Shown: positions 27,319 through 37,379, counted from the first letter of the stretch. The stretch is 64,000 bases of DNA from Candidatus Bathyarchaeota archaeon RBG_16_48_13 (GCA_001775995.1 MEZH01000007.1:46934-110933), one strand, 5' to 3'. Notes: generated by a model not told the origin, from the letters alone. A program made the numbers and translations.

Positions 27319-28725
27319 TTGAACATTTTAATAAAAAACGGGTATGTCATAACGGTCGATCCGAAGAGAAGGATGATCAAGGACGGAGCGATTGTGATAG
27401 AAGGCAACAAAATAGTCGCTATCGGCAAGACGGATGACATTCAGAAGAAGTACAAGGCTGAGGAAGTCATAGACGCGAAGAACATGGCAGTCCTGCCTGG
27501 CCTAATCAACACCCACACCCACCTCTTCCAAGTTCTCCTGAGGAGTCTTGGCGACGACATGAAGCTCTTCGATTGGTGGCCCAAGATGGTTGGTCCTGCC
27601 TCGGTCCACCTCAAAAAGGAAGATGTTTATTGGAGCGCCCTTACGGGCTCCTTGGAACTTCTCAAGAGCGGGTGTACTACCACCATGGACAACTATTATC
27701 CTCATCCAGTTTGGGGTCTAACCGACGAGTGCTTGAAAGCCTTCATAAAGATAGGCATACGCGGCATAGAGGCAGTAGGAGGCACCGATAAGTCGGAGCC
27801 ATACTTCCCCCCGCCGGAGGTCCTTGTGAAGAACACTGACGACATAATAAGGGAGATAGTGAGGCTCATCAAGAAATGGAATGGAAAGGCCAACGACAGG
27901 GTCCATGTCTGGTTCGGATGTGGAGCGCCATTTGCCAATACCGATGAGCTGGTTGAGAAGGAGCATGACAATGCTGAGAAATACGGCGTGGGCATGTGCG
28001 ACCACCTTCACGAAACTCAAGACGAGGTCAACCAATGGAAGAAGGAAAACGGGGGCCTAACACCCATTCAATACTACTACAAGAAGGGCATCCGCTTCCT
28101 CGGCAGCAACCTCGTTGGAATTCACTGCGTGTGGATGGATGATGAGGACCTCAAGATCATGGCGAAGACCGATACGAAAGTGTCTCACAACCCCGTCAGC
28201 AACATGTATCTGGCAAGCGGCGTCTGTCCTGTCCCGAAAATGCTCGACATGGGAATAACTGTGAGCTTGGGAGTCGACGGCCCAGCCAGCAACAACGATC
28301 AAGACATGTTCGAATTGATGAAATCCACCGCCCTGCTCCAAAAGGTGGCGACCTGCAACCCAACAGCAATAACCGCGGAAAAGGTTCTAGAGCTGGCAAC
28401 TATAGACGGAGCCAGAGCCTTGAGAATGGAGAAAGAGATCGGTTCCATAGAGCCGGGCAAGAAGGCTGACATCATACTGGTTGACCTGAAAGCAGCGAAC
28501 ATAGCCCCTGTCAATAGAGTGGCGTCCCAACTAGTCTATTGTGCAAAGTCAAGCAATGTCCACACAGTCATAGTGGACGGAAAAGTCGTGATCAGAAAGG
28601 GTTCGCTGAGAACAATGAAAGAAGAGGAGATTCTAAAGAACGTTCAAGAAACCACAGACAAATTGGTCGAAAGGGCGGGGATGACAAAACTAAGAGAGAG
28701 GCCCTGGATAACGAAAGTGCAGTAA
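27319..28725 (+). CDS. Amidohydrolase, MTA/SAH/5'-deoxyadenosine deaminase-like (AtzA/MtaD family)
   Basis: PGLINTHTH, HLHET..E, SHNPVSNMYLASG, GVDGPASNN, IGSIEPGKKADII. Confidence 0.85.
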   Translation: MNILIKNGYVITVDPKRRMIKDGAIVIEGNKIVAIGKTDDIQKKYKAEEVIDAKNMAVLPGLINTHTHLFQVLLRSLGDDMKLFDWWPKMVGPASVHLKKEDVYWSALTGSLELLKSGCTTTMDNYYPHPVWGLTDECLKAFIKIGIRGIEAVGGTDKSEPYFPPPEVLVKNTDDIIREIVRLIKKWNGKANDRVHVWFGCGAPFANTDELVEKEHDNAEKYGVGMCDHLHETQDEVNQWKKENGGLTPIQYYYKKGIRFLGSNLVGIHCVWMDDEDLKIMAKTDTKVSHNPVSNMYLASGVCPVPKMLDMGITVSLGVDGPASNNDQDMFELMKSTALLQKVATCNPTAITAEKVLELATIDGARALRMEKEIGSIEPGKKADIILVDLKAANIAPVNRVASQLVYCAKSSNVHTVIVDGKVVIRKGSLRTMKEEEILKNVQETTDKLVERAGMTKLRERPWITKVQ

Positions 28726-28746
28726 GTCATCTTCCCTCTTTCTATT

Positions 28747-29868
28747 TTACATCATCTTCCAGTTTCCGCATTTTCCACAGGTTCTGCAGACGAACATTTT
28801 TTGGAAGAGCTCATCAACATATTCAAAGCCTCCTTTGGATTCCCTTATGGGACCATAATAAAGGACCATGTTCTTGAGGTAACGCCTCACAAGGTCTTCC
28901 TTTCCGCGGAAAAGACGCATTACATCACCTTCAGTCAGCCACCGTTTCTCCATGAAAACCGTGACGATGGTTTCTGGGAGGTCTTTGTCTATGTCGAAAG
29001 GCCTCTTCACGGCACTTATTTTCTCTCCGACCACATCTAACTTTTGGAGGTCAGCATTGCCTAGACCTCTATCCTGTCCTCGAGCAATGGGGTTCTTTTG
29101 AACAATCTTCTTGTAGTTGAAACCCATGATCGACGCGGCCACCGAGTCAGTTGCCACGACGTCGGAACCAGCCACAATAAGGTTGGCTTCTGCTGGAGCC
29201 CCGAAACAAGGGCTGTACCCACCCTCCATTCCTATCGTGCCATCTATTACCGTGAGGACGGGTGGAAATAGTTCCACTAAGTCGCATATGGCATCATCAA
29301 TGACCTTGTGAAGTCTACCTCGGACTTGGGGGAATGGGATGAGCCCATAGAGGTTTTTCATGCCTAGAGTTACCCCAGTGATGTCATGCACCTTCATCAC
29401 AGGAATACTGATTATGGCGTCGGCCTCTGCAAGGATTGAAGGAAGCTCATGGGATGCCAACACCCTGAGATTCGGGTTCTCGTATCTAATCATCTTCTCG
29501 GCCGAGAGATTGAGGAGTTCGACGTCGAGGTCTCGGAAGATATCGAATTGAGGTCTTCTGTAGATTCTATCGAGAGAAGGCTCGATTTGAATTGGTGCAC
29601 CATCAACTGTGGGAACGTTGTAGTTTGAATCGATTATGGTTATGTCATCAGTCAGCTCCTTAAGAGCATTTATGATTGTAACCGTGACTGTTGGATTTGT
29701 GCTGACTCCGCTCTCAGGCGCCCCTCCGCCCAGCAAGTTGGGCTTGACGAAAACCTTCCATCCCTTCTTGACGAATTTGCCCATGCCGCCAAGAAGATTG
29801 AGGGCCTTCTTCGTCGCAATGATCTCATCGCCCTCGACCTTGACAACTGAGACAAGAGGTTTAGCCAT
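28747..29868 (-). CDS. DUF362 family Fe-S protein with atypical C-terminal domain
   Basis: VFVKPNLL, TNPTVT, ISIPVMKVH..TGVTLGMKNLYG, VIDG..GMEG, DVVATD; C-terminal CRTCGKC. Confidence 0.75.
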   Translation of the reverse strand: MAKPLVSVVKVEGDEIIATKKALNLLGGMGKFVKKGWKVFVKPNLLGGGAPESGVSTNPTVTVTIINALKELTDDITIIDSNYNVPTVDGAPIQIEPSLDRIYRRPQFDIFRDLDVELLNLSAEKMIRYENPNLRVLASHELPSILAEADAIISIPVMKVHDITGVTLGMKNLYGLIPFPQVRGRLHKVIDDAICDLVELFPPVLTVIDGTIGMEGGYSPCFGAPAEANLIVAGSDVVATDSVAASIMGFNYKKIVQKNPIARGQDRGLGNADLQKLDVVGEKISAVKRPFDIDKDLPETIVTVFMEKRWLTEGDVMRLFRGKEDLVRRYLKNMVLYYGPIRESKGGFEYVDELFQKMFVCRTCGKCGNWKMM

Positions 29869-29944
29869 AAATATGCCTCGAAGTCTAATTAGTTTGAAAG
29901 AATAGCTTTAAGCTATCTCTGTCAGATCAATTGAGGGATTCTTC

Positions 29945-30727
29945 CTGGGTGAACTCATTTTCATAGGATTGGGCTTGCATGATGAGAGCGGAGTATCCCT
30001 AAGAGGGATAACAGATGCCAAGGAATCGGAGGTAGCATATATTGAGCTCTACACGAATTCTATGCCCGAGCTCTCCCTGAAGAGGCTTGAGGACCTGATC
30101 GGTAAGAGACCGCAGATGCTGAGCAGGGATGATCTGGAGGAGAGAAGCAACGAGAGCATATTGAAGGAAGCTTCTAGGAAGAGAGTCGCGTTGCTGGTCC
30201 CTGGCGACCCCATGATAGCCACAACTCACATCACTTTGAGGATAGCAGCAGAAAGAATGGGTATTAAGACAAGAGTCGTTCACGGCGCCTCAATAATTTC
30301 CGCCGCCATAGGACTCTCGGGACTGCAGAATTACAAGTTTGGCAGGAGTGTGACGATCCCTTTCCCCGGTAATGACAAACCTTCCGAGACCCCTTACGAG
30401 GTATTGAGAGAGAACAGATCTCTGGGGCTTCATACCCTCGTATTTCTTGATGTTAGAGTAGAGGAAGGACGCTCCATGAGGATCCACGAGGGTCTGGAGA
30501 TACTTTCATCCATTGAGAGCAAAAGAATGGAAGAAGTCATTTCCAATGTCATGATAGTCGTTGGGATTGCGAGAGCCGGCTCAGACCGACCAGTTGTGAA
30601 GGCGGGAAGATTGAGGGAGTTATTGACCTTTGAGTTTGGGGATGCGCCCCATATTCTTATCTTTCCAGGAAGACTCCACTTCATGGAAGAGGAAGCGCTA
30701 AAGGTTCTGGGGGGCTATCAAAAATGA
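29945..30727 (+). CDS. dph5: Diphthine synthase, probable CTG start
   Basis: ELIFIGLGL, ELYT, GDPMIATTH, GASIISA, YKFGRSVTIPF, GLHTLVFLD, PGRLHFMEEEAL. Confidence 0.92.
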   Translation: MGELIFIGLGLHDESGVSLRGITDAKESEVAYIELYTNSMPELSLKRLEDLIGKRPQMLSRDDLEERSNESILKEASRKRVALLVPGDPMIATTHITLRIAAERMGIKTRVVHGASIISAAIGLSGLQNYKFGRSVTIPFPGNDKPSETPYEVLRENRSLGLHTLVFLDVRVEEGRSMRIHEGLEILSSIESKRMEEVISNVMIVVGIARAGSDRPVVKAGRLRELLTFEFGDAPHILIFPGRLHFMEEEALKVLGGYQK

Positions 30728-30996
30728 AAGAGGACAGAGACCTAGAGATCGAAGCACGAACGAAGAAGTATATTCTCACGACTGAGAAAGCGCTGAGCAA
30801 CATGAAAATGCTCGATAAGTCCTTGGTGAGTGAAATAGACGTTCGGATGGTCTTGAATTCCGCTAAGAACTACTACAGAGACGCTCAGCATTACATGGAG
30901 GAGGAGGATTTCACGACAGCATTAGCGTCCATAGCTTATTGTGAAGGACTCATGGATGCCTTGAAATTCATGGGTTTCGTGGATCTTTCTTGGTAA
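30724..30996 (+). CDS. DUF357 family protein
   Basis: AKNYYRDAQHY.E..D..TALASIAYCEGLMDAL; conserved neighbor of dph5; ATGA overlap. Confidence 0.8.
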   Translation: MKEDRDLEIEARTKKYILTTEKALSNMKMLDKSLVSEIDVRMVLNSAKNYYRDAQHYMEEEDFTTALASIAYCEGLMDALKFMGFVDLSW

Positions 30997-31062
30997 AACA
31001 AGAAAAGGGAAAGAAGCTTGAAAGGGTTACGACATCCCCAAAAGTAGAACGGAGGTCTTGCC

Positions 31063-32037
31063 CTAACTTGAGATCTCCTTCACTGCTCTGACTATCTTTT
31101 CTTCGTCAGGCAACAGGCTGTCCTCAAGGATCGGACAGAAAGGTATCGGTGTATCGGGCGTCGCGACTCGCTTGATCGGTGCGTCTAGATAGTCAAAGGC
31201 TTCTTCGGCCAGGATAGCCGCCACCTCACTGCCGAAGCCGCCCTTCTTCCACGCCTCGTGGACTATCACTACTCTACCGGTTTTCTTCACCGATTCCAAG
31301 ATGGTGTCCTTATCCAAGGGTGCTATGGTTCTCGGATCGATGACCTCAACACTTATGCCCTGCCCCTTGAGTTTGTCTGCCGCGGCCAATGCCCTGTGAA
31401 CCATAAGCGAGGTCGCTATGAGTGTGACGTCATCGCCACTTCTCTTGATATCGGCTTTTCCGAAGGGAATCAGATATTCCTCTTCTGGGACTTGATTCTT
31501 GACGAAGTAAAGGAGCTTGTGCTCCAAGTACAGGACCGGATTATTTCCCCTTATGGCAGTCTTCAATAGACCCTTGGCGTCGTATGCCGTCGAGGGCATG
31601 ACCACTTGGAGGCCCGGAATGTGCATGAAGATGGCTTCGAGGCTTTGGGTGTGTTGAGAGCTTGAGCGCGTTCCTGCCCCTGTGGCCGTTCTGACCACCA
31701 TGGGCAGCGTCCATTGTCCTGCCGACATGTACCTTATCTTCGAAGCTTGGTTGAGGAGCATGTCCATGCACACGCCCAAAAAGTCGGAGAACATTATCTC
31801 GGCCACAGGTCTTAATCCCATGGCAGCGCTTCCTACGGCGGTCCCCAAGATGGCGGATTCTGAGATCGGAGTGTCCCTGACTCGGTCGGCTCCGAAGCGG
31901 GCCATCAATCCTCTGGTGACACCGAAATCTCCTCCGATGAGCCCTATGTCTTCGCCCAGAACGAAGACGTTCTCATCACGAGCCATCTCCTCACCTAACG
32001 CTTCGCGAATCGCTTCACTGATGTTTATTTCTCTCAT
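31063..32037 (-). CDS. 2-oxoacid/acetoin dehydrogenase E1 beta subunit
   Basis: GEDIG, RVRDTPISE, RPVAEIMF, QHTQS, PSTAYDAKGLL, EVIDPRT.PLD, VHEA. Confidence 0.9.
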   Translation of the reverse strand: MREINISEAIREALGEEMARDENVFVLGEDIGLIGGDFGVTRGLMARFGADRVRDTPISESAILGTAVGSAAMGLRPVAEIMFSDFLGVCMDMLLNQASKIRYMSAGQWTLPMVVRTATGAGTRSSSQHTQSLEAIFMHIPGLQVVMPSTAYDAKGLLKTAIRGNNPVLYLEHKLLYFVKNQVPEEEYLIPFGKADIKRSGDDVTLIATSLMVHRALAAADKLKGQGISVEVIDPRTIAPLDKDTILESVKKTGRVVIVHEAWKKGGFGSEVAAILAEEAFDYLDAPIKRVATPDTPIPFCPILEDSLLPDEEKIVRAVKEISS

Positions 32038-32055
32038 TGCATCTGGCCTCCCGAT

Positions 32056-33015
32056 TTAACCATAAACGTCTCTAAGCGCCTCTTCTGGCTCCGGGTATGG
32101 GCTTTCCTTGGCGTACCTAACGGCGTCTTCGACCTCCGCCACGCCGTCCTTGCGTATCATCTCGTCGTCACCTTCCTTTAGGGCACCAGATTTCATCAAT
32201 CTGGCTTTGAGGAGACTGATCGGATCCCGCCTCGCAGCTTCTTCGATATCCTCTTTAGGTCTGTATGATTGAGAATCGGCTGCGTAGGAACCATACAATC
32301 TGGCTGATTTGCATTCGACCAATGATGGCCCATTTCCATCCCTTGCCCTGTCAACAGCTTCCTTGACAGCCTCGTAGACCGCTTCAACATCTTGCCCGTC
32401 GACGGTGACGCCTGGGATATTGTATGCCTTTGCCCTCCCAGATACATTGGCTATCGGCGTTGATCTGGAGACATGGGTTGAAATCGCGTATTGATTGTTA
32501 TCACAGACGAAGACCGCTGGAAGCTTCCATAAGGCTGCCAAGTTGATCCCCTCGTGGAATGCCCCCGTGTTATTCGCACCATCACCGAAGACAGTTACTG
32601 CTACCCGGTTCTCGCCTCTCAACTTGAATGAAAACGCTATTCCATCAGCGATTGGGATGGATGATCCGACTATTCCCGTTGTGAGAAAAAGACATAGATC
32701 GCGATCGGATAGGTGCATAGAACCGCCCTTTCCCTTGCAGCAACCGCTCTCTTTGGCAAACAGTTCAGCCATGATCTTACGCATGGGAATACCTTTGGCG
32801 ATAGCGTGTCCATGGGCTCGGTGACCACCCAGCAGCATGTCATCCTTCAGCAACGCTCCAGTTGAGCCTACCGCCACCGCTTCCTGCCCCATGCAAAGAT
32901 GAAGAAAGCCTGGCAACTCCCCTTTCCGAAAGAGCTCCTGAACTTTCTCTTCGAATAGCCTGATCCTAATCATGGTTTTATAGAATTCGACCAATTCTGT
33001 GTCGGAGAGAACCAT
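32056..33015 (-). CDS. 2-oxoacid/acetoin dehydrogenase E1 alpha subunit (TPP-dependent)
   Basis: GFLHL..GQEA, GKGGSMH, TPP motif GDGA..(N)24..NN; RLYGSY where RxxGH is expected. Confidence 0.88.
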   Translation of the reverse strand: MVLSDTELVEFYKTMIRIRLFEEKVQELFRKGELPGFLHLCMGQEAVAVGSTGALLKDDMLLGGHRAHGHAIAKGIPMRKIMAELFAKESGCCKGKGGSMHLSDRDLCLFLTTGIVGSSIPIADGIAFSFKLRGENRVAVTVFGDGANNTGAFHEGINLAALWKLPAVFVCDNNQYAISTHVSRSTPIANVSGRAKAYNIPGVTVDGQDVEAVYEAVKEAVDRARDGNGPSLVECKSARLYGSYAADSQSYRPKEDIEEAARRDPISLLKARLMKSGALKEGDDEMIRKDGVAEVEDAVRYAKESPYPEPEEALRDVYG

Positions 33016-33198
33016 CCCAAAACCCCTAAGACTATAAATCCTATGGGGTTAATTAGAATTTGCATTGAGCAGAAAGGGACAAGCGAGTTCAGTTATTTGA
33101 TCGAAAATAGACAACCACCGTGAGGTTAGTTTGAAAAGACATAGTTAAGATAATTCTGATCAGAAAGAAAAAGGGTCTCTTGAAATGGAGAATCTTTT

Positions 33199-33648
33199 AT
33201 GAGAAAAAGAAAGACCGTCTTGGCCTCGGGCGCCTTCGACCTACTTCATTACGGTCACGTTCGCTTTCTGGAGGAGAGCAAGAAAGCGGGTGGGGACGGG
33301 GCACGCCTAGTCGTGGTCGTGGCCAGGGATCTAACAATCAAAAGAAGGAAGGGAAGGCCACCAGTGATCCCCGAAGACCAGAGGAGGGCCTTGGTAGAAG
33401 CACTGAAGCCTGTGGACAGGGCAGTCCTAGGATCTGAAGTATTTGATGTGAGAAGAATCCTAAAGCGGATCAAGCCGGATGTCGTTACAGTGGGGCACGA
33501 CCAAGGATCGCTTGAAGGGGAGCTGACAAATCTGATAACTCGAGAAGGGATGAAGACAAAGGTTGTCAAGATAGGAAAGTTCGGTCTCGAAGAATTGGCC
33601 AGCTCATCCAAGATCAAACGGAGGATTGTTGAGGGCTCGAAACAGTAA
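33199..33648 (+). CDS. ribL: Archaeal FAD synthetase (cytidylyltransferase-like)
   Basis: GAFDLLHYGHVRFLEESKK, VVVARD, PEDQRR..VEALKPVD, IKPDVVTVGHDQ, SSSKI. Confidence 0.88.
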   Translation: MRKRKTVLASGAFDLLHYGHVRFLEESKKAGGDGARLVVVVARDLTIKRRKGRPPVIPEDQRRALVEALKPVDRAVLGSEVFDVRRILKRIKPDVVTVGHDQGSLEGELTNLITREGMKTKVVKIGKFGLEELASSSKIKRRIVEGSKQ

Positions 33649-34342
33649 CTTTGACCTCCACCTTATCGCCCTCCTTCAAGCTCAACTGCTGCCTTATATA
33701 CACTGGCGCTATGAGCTCGATTACGTCTGCGACATAATGGGTTCGCATCGCAGTTATTAGGGCGCCTTCCACTTTACCTCCCATGATGACTTTGTAGCAT
33801 CTTGCCCCACCGTAGGTCCTCGAACCGTCCTCGAAGCCCTCCAGAGTTATCGCAGGATAGGCCTCTATCTCTTTTCTTACCTGGATGTTGGTCGGATCCT
33901 TCAGTTTGAGGTTCAAGGTTCCAGGATAGGGATCGAAGCCAAGCTTCCTCATTATTTGTCGCCGATAGCCCCTGAGACTGAGGTAATAGGCACCTTCCCC
34001 GAGACCATCGAAGACATACCCCTCGAGGGTGATCGTAGTAGGCGGGACTTCAAAAATAGATTTCAAGCTTAGGAAAACCCGCCTGATCTCTTCCAAGCCA
34101 AGATCCGAGATCTTGATAACCCCGCCTTTTCGGGTGATCTGGCGCTGGATATAGCCAACGCGCTCCAGCTCCATCAGGTGGCGAGAAACCGTCTGCTGGG
34201 AAACCTTGAGTCGATCAGCTAGCTCAGTGGTCGATATCTGGATAGCCCTGTCCTTTGCGCCAAGCTCGGCAAGTTTGACGAGCGTAAAGAAGAGGATTCT
34301 TGTCTGATCTTCTCCCCGATCCATTTCAGGCAAAGCCAACAA
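33614..34342 (-). CDS. ribK: CTP-dependent riboflavin kinase with N-terminal wHTH (RbkR-like)
   Basis: ISTTELADRLKVSQQTVSRHL HTH; GLGEGAYY, LGFDPYPGTLN, RTHY, ELIAP. Confidence 0.9.
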   Translation of the reverse strand: MLALPEMDRGEDQTRILFFTLVKLAELGAKDRAIQISTTELADRLKVSQQTVSRHLMELERVGYIQRQITRKGGVIKISDLGLEEIRRVFLSLKSIFEVPPTTITLEGYVFDGLGEGAYYLSLRGYRRQIMRKLGFDPYPGTLNLKLKDPTNIQVRKEIEAYPAITLEGFEDGSRTYGGARCYKVIMGGKVEGALITAMRTHYVADVIELIAPVYIRQQLSLKEGDKVEVKVTVSSPQQSSV

Positions 34343-34367
34343 CCGACCCTGGGATATTTGTTATTGG

Positions 34368-35027
34368 TCACGCGCGCTCTTTAAATAACGTTTTCTCGGC
34401 AAGCGCTTTGGCCATCCACAAAGGCTCCGGAAGTCGATGACCGGTTATCAGTTTCGACACGACTTCCAGCGAGCTCCTGAGCCTCGTTCCGTGTCCTACG
34501 CTGATATAGAGCGGAGCGGAGTGAGGTGCATATCTCAGGATTGAGCCCACGACTTCCCCAGAATCGATTATGGACGATTGAAGGGACGAATTTTCTACAA
34601 CTTTACCGCAGAGAAGGCTCTTCGCGACCCCCACCGTGGGCATTGCTGTCAGGACACCCACCTAGCTGGCAAGACCCATCCTGCGCGGATGAGCCACCCC
34701 ATGACAGTTTATCAAATAGAGGTCTGCTTTTCTTTCCGCATCTCTGATTAGTTCTATCATCGGGGGACCTTCCCTGAGTGACAACAAAGTTGGAATATAT
34801 GGAAAATTGATCCTCACACTCCTTAATTGGGAGTGAAGTAGTTCTAAAGAACCATAATCGTACATGGCGCATGCAACAGCTGCGTCTTCCCCGTTGTATG
34901 CTATGCCGAGACCAGCCACATTTCTAATGGGGCTGGAGAAGGTGTCTTCGGCGATCACGTTCCTTGCCAGTTCGGTTTGAAACCTTCGCACTTCAACCAT
35001 GTCGAAGGGTTTCTGAGGATCTTTCAA
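34368..35027 (-). pseudogene. nfi: Endonuclease V homolog with in-frame TAG and altered catalytic residues
   Basis: PYIP wedge, LREGP, HPRRMGLAS*VGV..PTVGVAKS, PLYISVGH, RLPEP; ORFs 34662-35027 and 34368-34661 are the same frame separated by one TAG (34662-34664). Confidence 0.8.
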
Positions 35028-35085
35028 ATAGGTCCCCTTAGGCAGAGAACTGTGGAAGAGACACTTTAGATCAGATGCCCCCCAG

Positions 35086-36684
35086 TCAGGTCTTTCTCAG
35101 TGTGGCCCTTATCCCTATGAAGACAGGCCCTCGGATATCTATCTTCTTCTTCTTGCCTGTAATGTAGCGTTCAGCGACGTCGTTTATTCGGATGTTGATG
35201 TCACTCGGAAGTTTCGCCATTCTCACCCGAAGGGAAAAGTCATCGGTTTGCTCTTTATATAGCATCTTTTCTATTTGCGATGCAGCTTGAGAGGCCACCG
35301 CCTCCAAGTATCGAATGTTTGTGGTGATGCCATTCTCTCTAGCTTCTTTCACTATCGTAACGTGCTCCATGCCCCTTTCAGGGATTCCTAGGAGGTTGCC
35401 ATCATAAGCGTATATTGTGTTCAGAGCGGCTGGACCTAGAAGTTTGGTGTTAGGGTCGTGCTCATAGACATAGACTGTCAAATTTCCCTCCTCGAAAACT
35501 TTGAATTCGCAGGGACTCCTGGCCTCAGCGTTTTTCATAGCCACGTCAATTATGGCATCTTTGACTCTCTCTCCCAGTTTTGACTGCGGGGTTTCGAGAG
35601 GTTGGACGGCTCGGGCGAGTTCTTCATCTGTTAGTGCCAACTCTTTGTGGAATTGAGGATAGACGAGTTTTCGAATGTCTTTTTCACCACGAAGGAGCAT
35701 AGTCATCCGCTCCACTCCTAGCCCGATGTTAAGGACAGGATATTCTAGGCCGTAATTGGCCAAGGCCACGGGGCTGTATAAGCCCAGTTCAAGCACCTCC
35801 ACCCATCTATCTGCACTTTTCTGGTGGACAAAACATTCGTGGTCGGTCCCCGGGGCGTAGTACTTCGGGGTGATCTCCTTGTTCTCGAATCTCACTTCCT
35901 CGAAGTTCATAGCATTGCAGATGTTTGAAGCGATGAGTTTGCCTCTCTCAACAGTAGCTTCGGACCCCATGACAACGCAACTGGCTACGGTGTGGGCTCG
36001 GAGGTGAGTCTGGTCTTCTGTCTGTTCCCGTCTCAAACGGAGGCCTATTGAGAATAGTTTCATTGGCAACTCAACTTTGTACTGAAGAGCTTTCAGTGTC
36101 TCAAACCAAGCGCTCGTCATGTGAGATCGCACGGTTAGGTTTGTAGGTACGGGTTTGAGAGTTGTGAACTCAGGGAAGACCTCCCGAATGATCTGGAGTG
36201 CCTTTTCGTCGGGTATTTGCAGCTTCTTAGCGACTTCCTCCACCAGATCGTCGGCAGCTATGTTGCCTTTCTTATAATCCCTGAGGACCGTCTGAAGGTT
36301 GGCGATCTTAGTCCGATCCAATTCGACGCCCAACTCCTCGATCTTCTGGCATCTGTCTTTGCCCAAACCTATGTCAGGCCTAGGAAGAGTTGCTAGGTAA
36401 TAGCATCTATCGAGGATGATAGGTGCTTCTGGCCCATACTGTTTGTATATTTCTTCCTCTTCAACAACGAAGGGGTTGATTATTTCATTGAATCCCAACT
36501 TCAAGAAAGTTTGGCGGAGAAGTTCAGCGGTATCTACAACGGGATGGGATTTGCCCTTCAGAGGCCATATGATCTTGGCGTCCTCCGACGCCGAGCGAAG
36601 CAGTTCGTTGCCGTCGGCCCAGACTTTTTCGAACCCTTCCTTTCGGACCCTTGCCAGTATCCCCTGAGTATCAAGCTTTTTCAT
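35086..36684 (-). CDS. sepS: O-phosphoseryl-tRNA(Cys) synthetase
   Basis: GKSHP, KQYGPEA..ILDRCYYLA.LPRPDIG, RSHMTSAWF, FSIGLRLRREQ.ED.THL, YSPVALA.Y, NIGLGVER; 532 aa. Confidence 0.92.
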   Translation of the reverse strand: MKKLDTQGILARVRKEGFEKVWADGNELLRSASEDAKIIWPLKGKSHPVVDTAELLRQTFLKLGFNEIINPFVVEEEEIYKQYGPEAPIILDRCYYLATLPRPDIGLGKDRCQKIEELGVELDRTKIANLQTVLRDYKKGNIAADDLVEEVAKKLQIPDEKALQIIREVFPEFTTLKPVPTNLTVRSHMTSAWFETLKALQYKVELPMKLFSIGLRLRREQTEDQTHLRAHTVASCVVMGSEATVERGKLIASNICNAMNFEEVRFENKEITPKYYAPGTDHECFVHQKSADRWVEVLELGLYSPVALANYGLEYPVLNIGLGVERMTMLLRGEKDIRKLVYPQFHKELALTDEELARAVQPLETPQSKLGERVKDAIIDVAMKNAEARSPCEFKVFEEGNLTVYVYEHDPNTKLLGPAALNTIYAYDGNLLGIPERGMEHVTIVKEARENGITTNIRYLEAVASQAASQIEKMLYKEQTDDFSLRVRMAKLPSDINIRINDVAERYITGKKKKIDIRGPVFIGIRATLRKT

Positions 36685-37324
36685 CTTCGGGCATCGTCCT
36701 TTTCAAGGTCCTTTCTAAGCTCTTTATGGAATGCTCAAGGTGATCTCTGCGCAACTCCATAGTCACGTCTCCACGAGTGGCCTCGATTAGCTTCCTGTCG
36801 ACGTCGAGCTTCCTTCTCATACCGGGAGCTATGGCGTCGGCGCACTCCACTGTCATCAGCTCCGTGTATATTTTCTCCATGAGTGCCAGGGATTTCTCTG
36901 CGGTCTTCATTTCGCCTCTTCTCAGGTTATCCAGAATTCCACGTCTAATTTCCCCTACTAGATCCGCCAGTCCCAAAGCATACATGATGGGGGGGACGCC
37001 TATCTCTTTGGGAGATGGAAAACGGTCTTCCTCCACAATGCATTGGAATACCTTTGCCTCGGTATACTCTTGATAGGCTGTTACGACATAGCCCACGTCT
37101 TGGAATTGCGGGTTCTTTTCAAGGACAACTGCGAGCTTTTCTAGGCTTTGGCCAGCTTCTTTGAGCCTCTTTTCCGCCTCTACCTTGTCTCCGCGGTGGA
37201 TGGAGAGTATGGCTTGATCGGAGAGCTTGGTGATGACCTTGGTATCGATCAGCATTTTTTCTCTTACTTGGTCCTTCTCTTTGGCTTCTCTTCTAATATT
37301 GTCCACTATCTTCTTCAGAGACAT
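36671..37324 (-). CDS. Translin family protein
   Basis: RE..L...KVI.KLS..AI..IHRG, AYQEYTEA, Y.LGLADLVGEIRR, MRRKLD. Confidence 0.85.
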   Translation of the reverse strand: MSLKKIVDNIRREAKEKDQVREKMLIDTKVITKLSDQAILSIHRGDKVEAEKRLKEAGQSLEKLAVVLEKNPQFQDVGYVVTAYQEYTEAKVFQCIVEEDRFPSPKEIGVPPIMYALGLADLVGEIRRGILDNLRRGEMKTAEKSLALMEKIYTELMTVECADAIAPGMRRKLDVDRKLIEATRGDVTMELRRDHLEHSIKSLERTLKRTMPEDEKA

Positions 37325-37379
37325 ATCATCACCATAATCAGACCATATTAACTCAGGGTAAAGAATATCTAAAGATTAT

